Assembly: GCA_907165135.1 (NCBI GenBank) | Contig: OU015568.1 | Coordinates: forward strand, 15,573,208 to 15,637,207 | From: Oikopleura dioica | Lineage: Eukaryota > Animalia > Chordata | DNA: 64,000 bases | Reading direction: 5' to 3' | Shown: piece by piece, positions 60,628 through 64,000 of the stretch | Numbering within the stretch: the stretch's first letter is position 1 | Layout: each line of letters starts with the position of its first letter | Notes under the pieces: model-generated | The model's input: the letters and a program-made list of their open reading frames with translations, nothing else | Database searches by the model: none | Told to the model about the DNA's origin: nothing | Translations under genes and position numbers: made by a program

Positions 60628-62956
60628 CCTCGCACTACTTTTAATTTTTTCCCGTTCACAAATTTCTCTCTACTAAACTTCAATGCAACCACCGCAAATA
60701 AGACCTCGTTGGACGATCTTTCAAGATCAGATAGTTACGAACTGAACCATTTCCCGATAAGACCGATCCATTATCAAAGATTCAAATCCTTTTTACGAAG
60801 CACCATAATATCTCGATTCGCTAGAATATCCCTACTTCTTTTCTGCCAAGTAGGGGCGAGAAAGCCCTAACTTGTCCTTCAGAGAAATCTGTCGAATTCG
60901 GGTGGGCGAGTATCAACAGCAGTGATGACGGATCCCACATTCGCAGTTTCCACGCGAATAATTTACCCCTTCGCAAGGGTGAGTTCATGTGCGGAAAACT
61001 TCCTTAGATGTCTGACGCGCTCCTTCCAGAAAGAAATTTCCATCATCGAACCATAACCTTTTGTAAGAGAAAAACTACCGAATATGAACAGTCCAGCGCC
61101 GGTTGAACTCACCAAATACGGCTGTTATTTTCAGATTCCGCAGATGGACAAACCGTCTGAATGGGCAAAATGTGTGTTGAGGAAAATTTGTTGTAATTTT
61201 CTGATTTCATTATTTTTTTCAAGCGTTCCAAGCGCTGTCTGGTAGCCAAAGCTAAACAGTTTAATTGGCACAAAGCAAATTAAATTAAGAATTCGGAAAA
61301 GCATGTTAGGTCGAGAATTCCCGGAAGAGATTATGCTTCTTTTATGTAAAATTCTTCCAGTAGAGGGGGTCCTCCAGGCACGAAAGAAAATGGAATCTAC
61401 TCGCTTGGTGTCGCTTATTCAGGTTTTAGTTTTTCGGACAGTCATCAAAATTAATCGGTAGATACGGAAATACAGAAATAACTGTATTTTAAAAAAAAAC
61501 TTTGAAACTTTGAAGCATTCTGTTTCTAAAACAAAAAGTTCGTTTTTCTTGAAATCTAGGGTGCGGTGGGACGTTATCACATCCCGAGGATCTTGTGCTT
61601 AGCTCCGGCCTCGTCTTTTGTTTGAAACACGTTTCTTTTACAAAAAGAAAAAGAGTGCAAGAAACGGGTCTGTTTATCTAACGTGGTCACCCGCCCCGGA
61701 CAGCACCGCGCAGATATGACAGTTTGCGGCGGAAAAATACTTTTGTCATTTTTTTAGATCGATTTTAGAAATGATGGAATGTAGACTATTTCATCCGAAT
61801 TTCCGGGCTTTTAAGGTTTTCTTAGTTGTTTTTTTGATCCTTTTATTGTTTGAATTTGTGCAGGGAAATTTCAAATGTTATTTACATCAGGTGGGAAGAG
61901 CGAGCTTCTTCTGCGGTCACTATTATTCAGCAAGTATGTATCGGGGGCGAGGGAAGCGCGGCGATCTGTCAAAAAGGTCGAGCGAATTCACTATTTTTGC
62001 GCATTCAAGGCTTCATTCTTGCACTTTATTTACTTTCCAAGGAGTTGTTCGGTATTAACGATTGGCAGGGAAGAGCTAGATGGCTCAAATGGGATTTCAT
62101 ATGATTTATATTGTTCACCATCAAATATTATTTTTAAATATAAATTTTGCAGATTTTTATCAATATTATGGTTTTGCTTTTTTTCGTATTTTTCGTGCTC
62201 GAACCTTTCCTGGGCAGGAATTGACAGACGAAGATTGGCAATGAGGAGTTGCTTCGCTTCGCATGAGTTCCGAATAATATCATTATCTTTTACGCCATTT
62301 CTACTCGATCAATCTCAAGAGTAACTGAGCATTTGCAAGGTGTCCTTCTCAAGTGCTGGAAAATAATGCACTTTCTTCTAAACGAATATTAGCCCGAGTT
62401 GCGCAACGGCTCTTGAATTCGAAAACCCCACGTAAGGTTAACAACACTGCTAAAAGCTAAAGAGCTAAACATAAACTTTTTTCTTTCTTTCGCTTTTTTC
62501 GAACCCGACTTCTAAAACACAAAATACAGACTCTTCGTTTATGTTTTTCGAAAAAAAAACAATTATTATCTTTGACCTTTGCTCCTTCATAGAAAGTTGT
62601 CTGCTAGGTACTACATAAGGTTTTGTAAAAATACTGGAAGGCCCGTTAGAGAGTCGCCAGTACATAACACCTTCTTAGGGTTAAAAAGTCTGTATGAGGC
62701 CAATTTAGGGACCCCCCTAGAAGTGCGAAAGTATGTCTTCTTGGAGCAAGTTTTTCTCCAAAACTATCCTAGATACACCCTTAATTTTTATTGGCACTTT
62801 TAGATCTAACCCTCGACTACAACCGTTCCCAATATGATGATTTCTCGATATCAAACTTAAGGATATACAGGCCGTTAATGCTCAGGTTGCTAGGAGCAAG
62901 CTTTTTTGGGTTTTTAGTTGAGGTATACGGTATACCCTTAATTTTTTCTGGATAGC

Positions 62957-63200
62957 TTAACAGCCCGAGAAAGAGTAGTTCTTAATCCAGTTTATCAGAA
63001 CTCCGGGCCCACTGGAAGAGGTAGATGAGCTTGGAGGAGGTAGAATTGAAATACGACGGCTATTTTGAATCGCTTGATCCGTTGGCCGCCTTTTAATTGT
63101 TTCAGCATGGCGGCGTTTTGTTTCTTCTAACTCTCTTTTGGTGATGCTCATGGCGATGGCGAAGGCTACTGGAATCAGGAAGACGTTGGAATATGCTTTT
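62957..63200 (-). CDS. Possible exon: hydrophobic segment followed by a charged tail
   Basis: VFLIPVAFAIAMSITKRELEETKRRHAE...; no family recognised. Confidence 0.3.
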
Positions 63201-63705
63201 TTGAGGATTGTTAAGAAAGGGTCTTTTCGACAGACAGTTTTGTTGAGTTTTTTAGATTGTGGCTTCCAGTAAATCCACTTTGCCTATCAAAACAGCACAG
63301 AATTCGATTTTCTTCCAGAGCATGTTCTGACTTTCGCCGTGAATGAAGCGGTAGAAGAGAATGTTCAGAAAAGTGATAATCTGCCGCGGTATCCAGCTCA
63401 GGAAAAACGCACCCGTGACGAAGCGGGTCTCAATTTCATTTTTACAAGAAATTATAAAAAAATTGATTGCTTTGCAATTTTTTTAGCCTACCTGTCGCGT
63501 GATGGATTCGGACGACTTTTGCCTCTTTCGAACTTCTGCGTCCATTATTGAGTACGAGTTCTGTGATACCACCCCGCTGATTAGCGCTGGAGATCTGATA
63601 AGGCTTTGGATTGTTGAAGTTTGCTTCCTGACGTTGACTTCGATTTTGATATTCACCTTTCAGTGGGGATAAAAACGATGAAAATTGCTTGAAAAACGAG
63701 AAGTC

Positions 63706-64000
63706 TAAAATTGTCACGAATGTAACGAAGGTCACTAAAGTCAATAAAAACATTAACCCTTACTCTAACCCTAACCGAATACGTGACATTCGTGACAATT
63801 TTAGTCGCCATTGAATATGTCACGAATGTCACTAATGTCACGATTTACCTGAATATGTCACTAAGAAAAGACATGTTTTCGTTACATTCATGACATTCGT
63901 GACATTCGTGACATATTCTGTGGCGACCAAAATGTCACGAATGTCACGAATTTGGTTAGAATTAAAGTTAGGGTGACGATTTATGCTGATTTTATTGACT
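63706..64000. mobile_element. Foldback element with GTGACATTC 9-mers and TTAGGG-like motifs, running off the window end
   Basis: 63770-63845 pairs with 63880-63960, and AGTCAATAAAA near 63737 pairs with the last bases of the window. Confidence 0.8.

Noticed and set aside
61771-62324. Three overlapping plus-strand ORFs as a defined gene
   Set aside because: One frame looks exon-like, but strand and frame could not be resolved against competing minus-strand segments.
1-64000. Spliced-leader RNA, 5S or other rRNA, tRNA clusters
   Set aside because: No matching conserved sequence was recognised by eye; a covariance-model scan would be needed to exclude divergent copies.

Overview
Eukaryotic, AT-rich, very compact genomic DNA. 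Many introns are 36-48 nt, several use GA-AG splice sites, and a connexin is present, so the source is a chordate, most likely an appendicularian tunicate such as Oikopleura (inference). Bases 1-5065 are the 5' part of a Ty3/gypsy LTR retrotransposon on the minus strand (5' LTR, gag, PR, RT, RNase H, start of integrase); its frameshifts all sit in A/T homopolymers. Host genes reconstructed by hand: a STI1/HOP-like TPR+DP protein, a fusion of a catalytically degenerate REX4/ISG20-type exonuclease with a matrin-type zinc finger and an RS domain, a 7-exon XBP1-like bZIP factor, three paralogues of a Cys-rich/coiled-coil/RING family, an intron-rich connexin, a small secreted peptide and a WxxW-like secreted protein. 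Several more probable exons could not be identified. Intergenic and intronic space is packed with non-autonomous DNA transposons: about 15 copies of a foldback MITE with 8-bp TSDs and AAGCCGC-N3-GCGGCTT hairpins, several hAT MITEs with family-specific subterminal arrays, TTAA-flanked Kolobok-like elements (one carrying an open reading frame), a decayed MULE transposase, GACATT-core arrays and TTAGGG-like seeds. No tRNA, rRNA or CRISPR array was found. The best novelty candidate is the dead-exonuclease/zinc-finger/RS protein, whose 19-nt microexon is enclosed by two mutually complementary introns. All exon structures were assembled by eye and coordinates may be off by a few bases.
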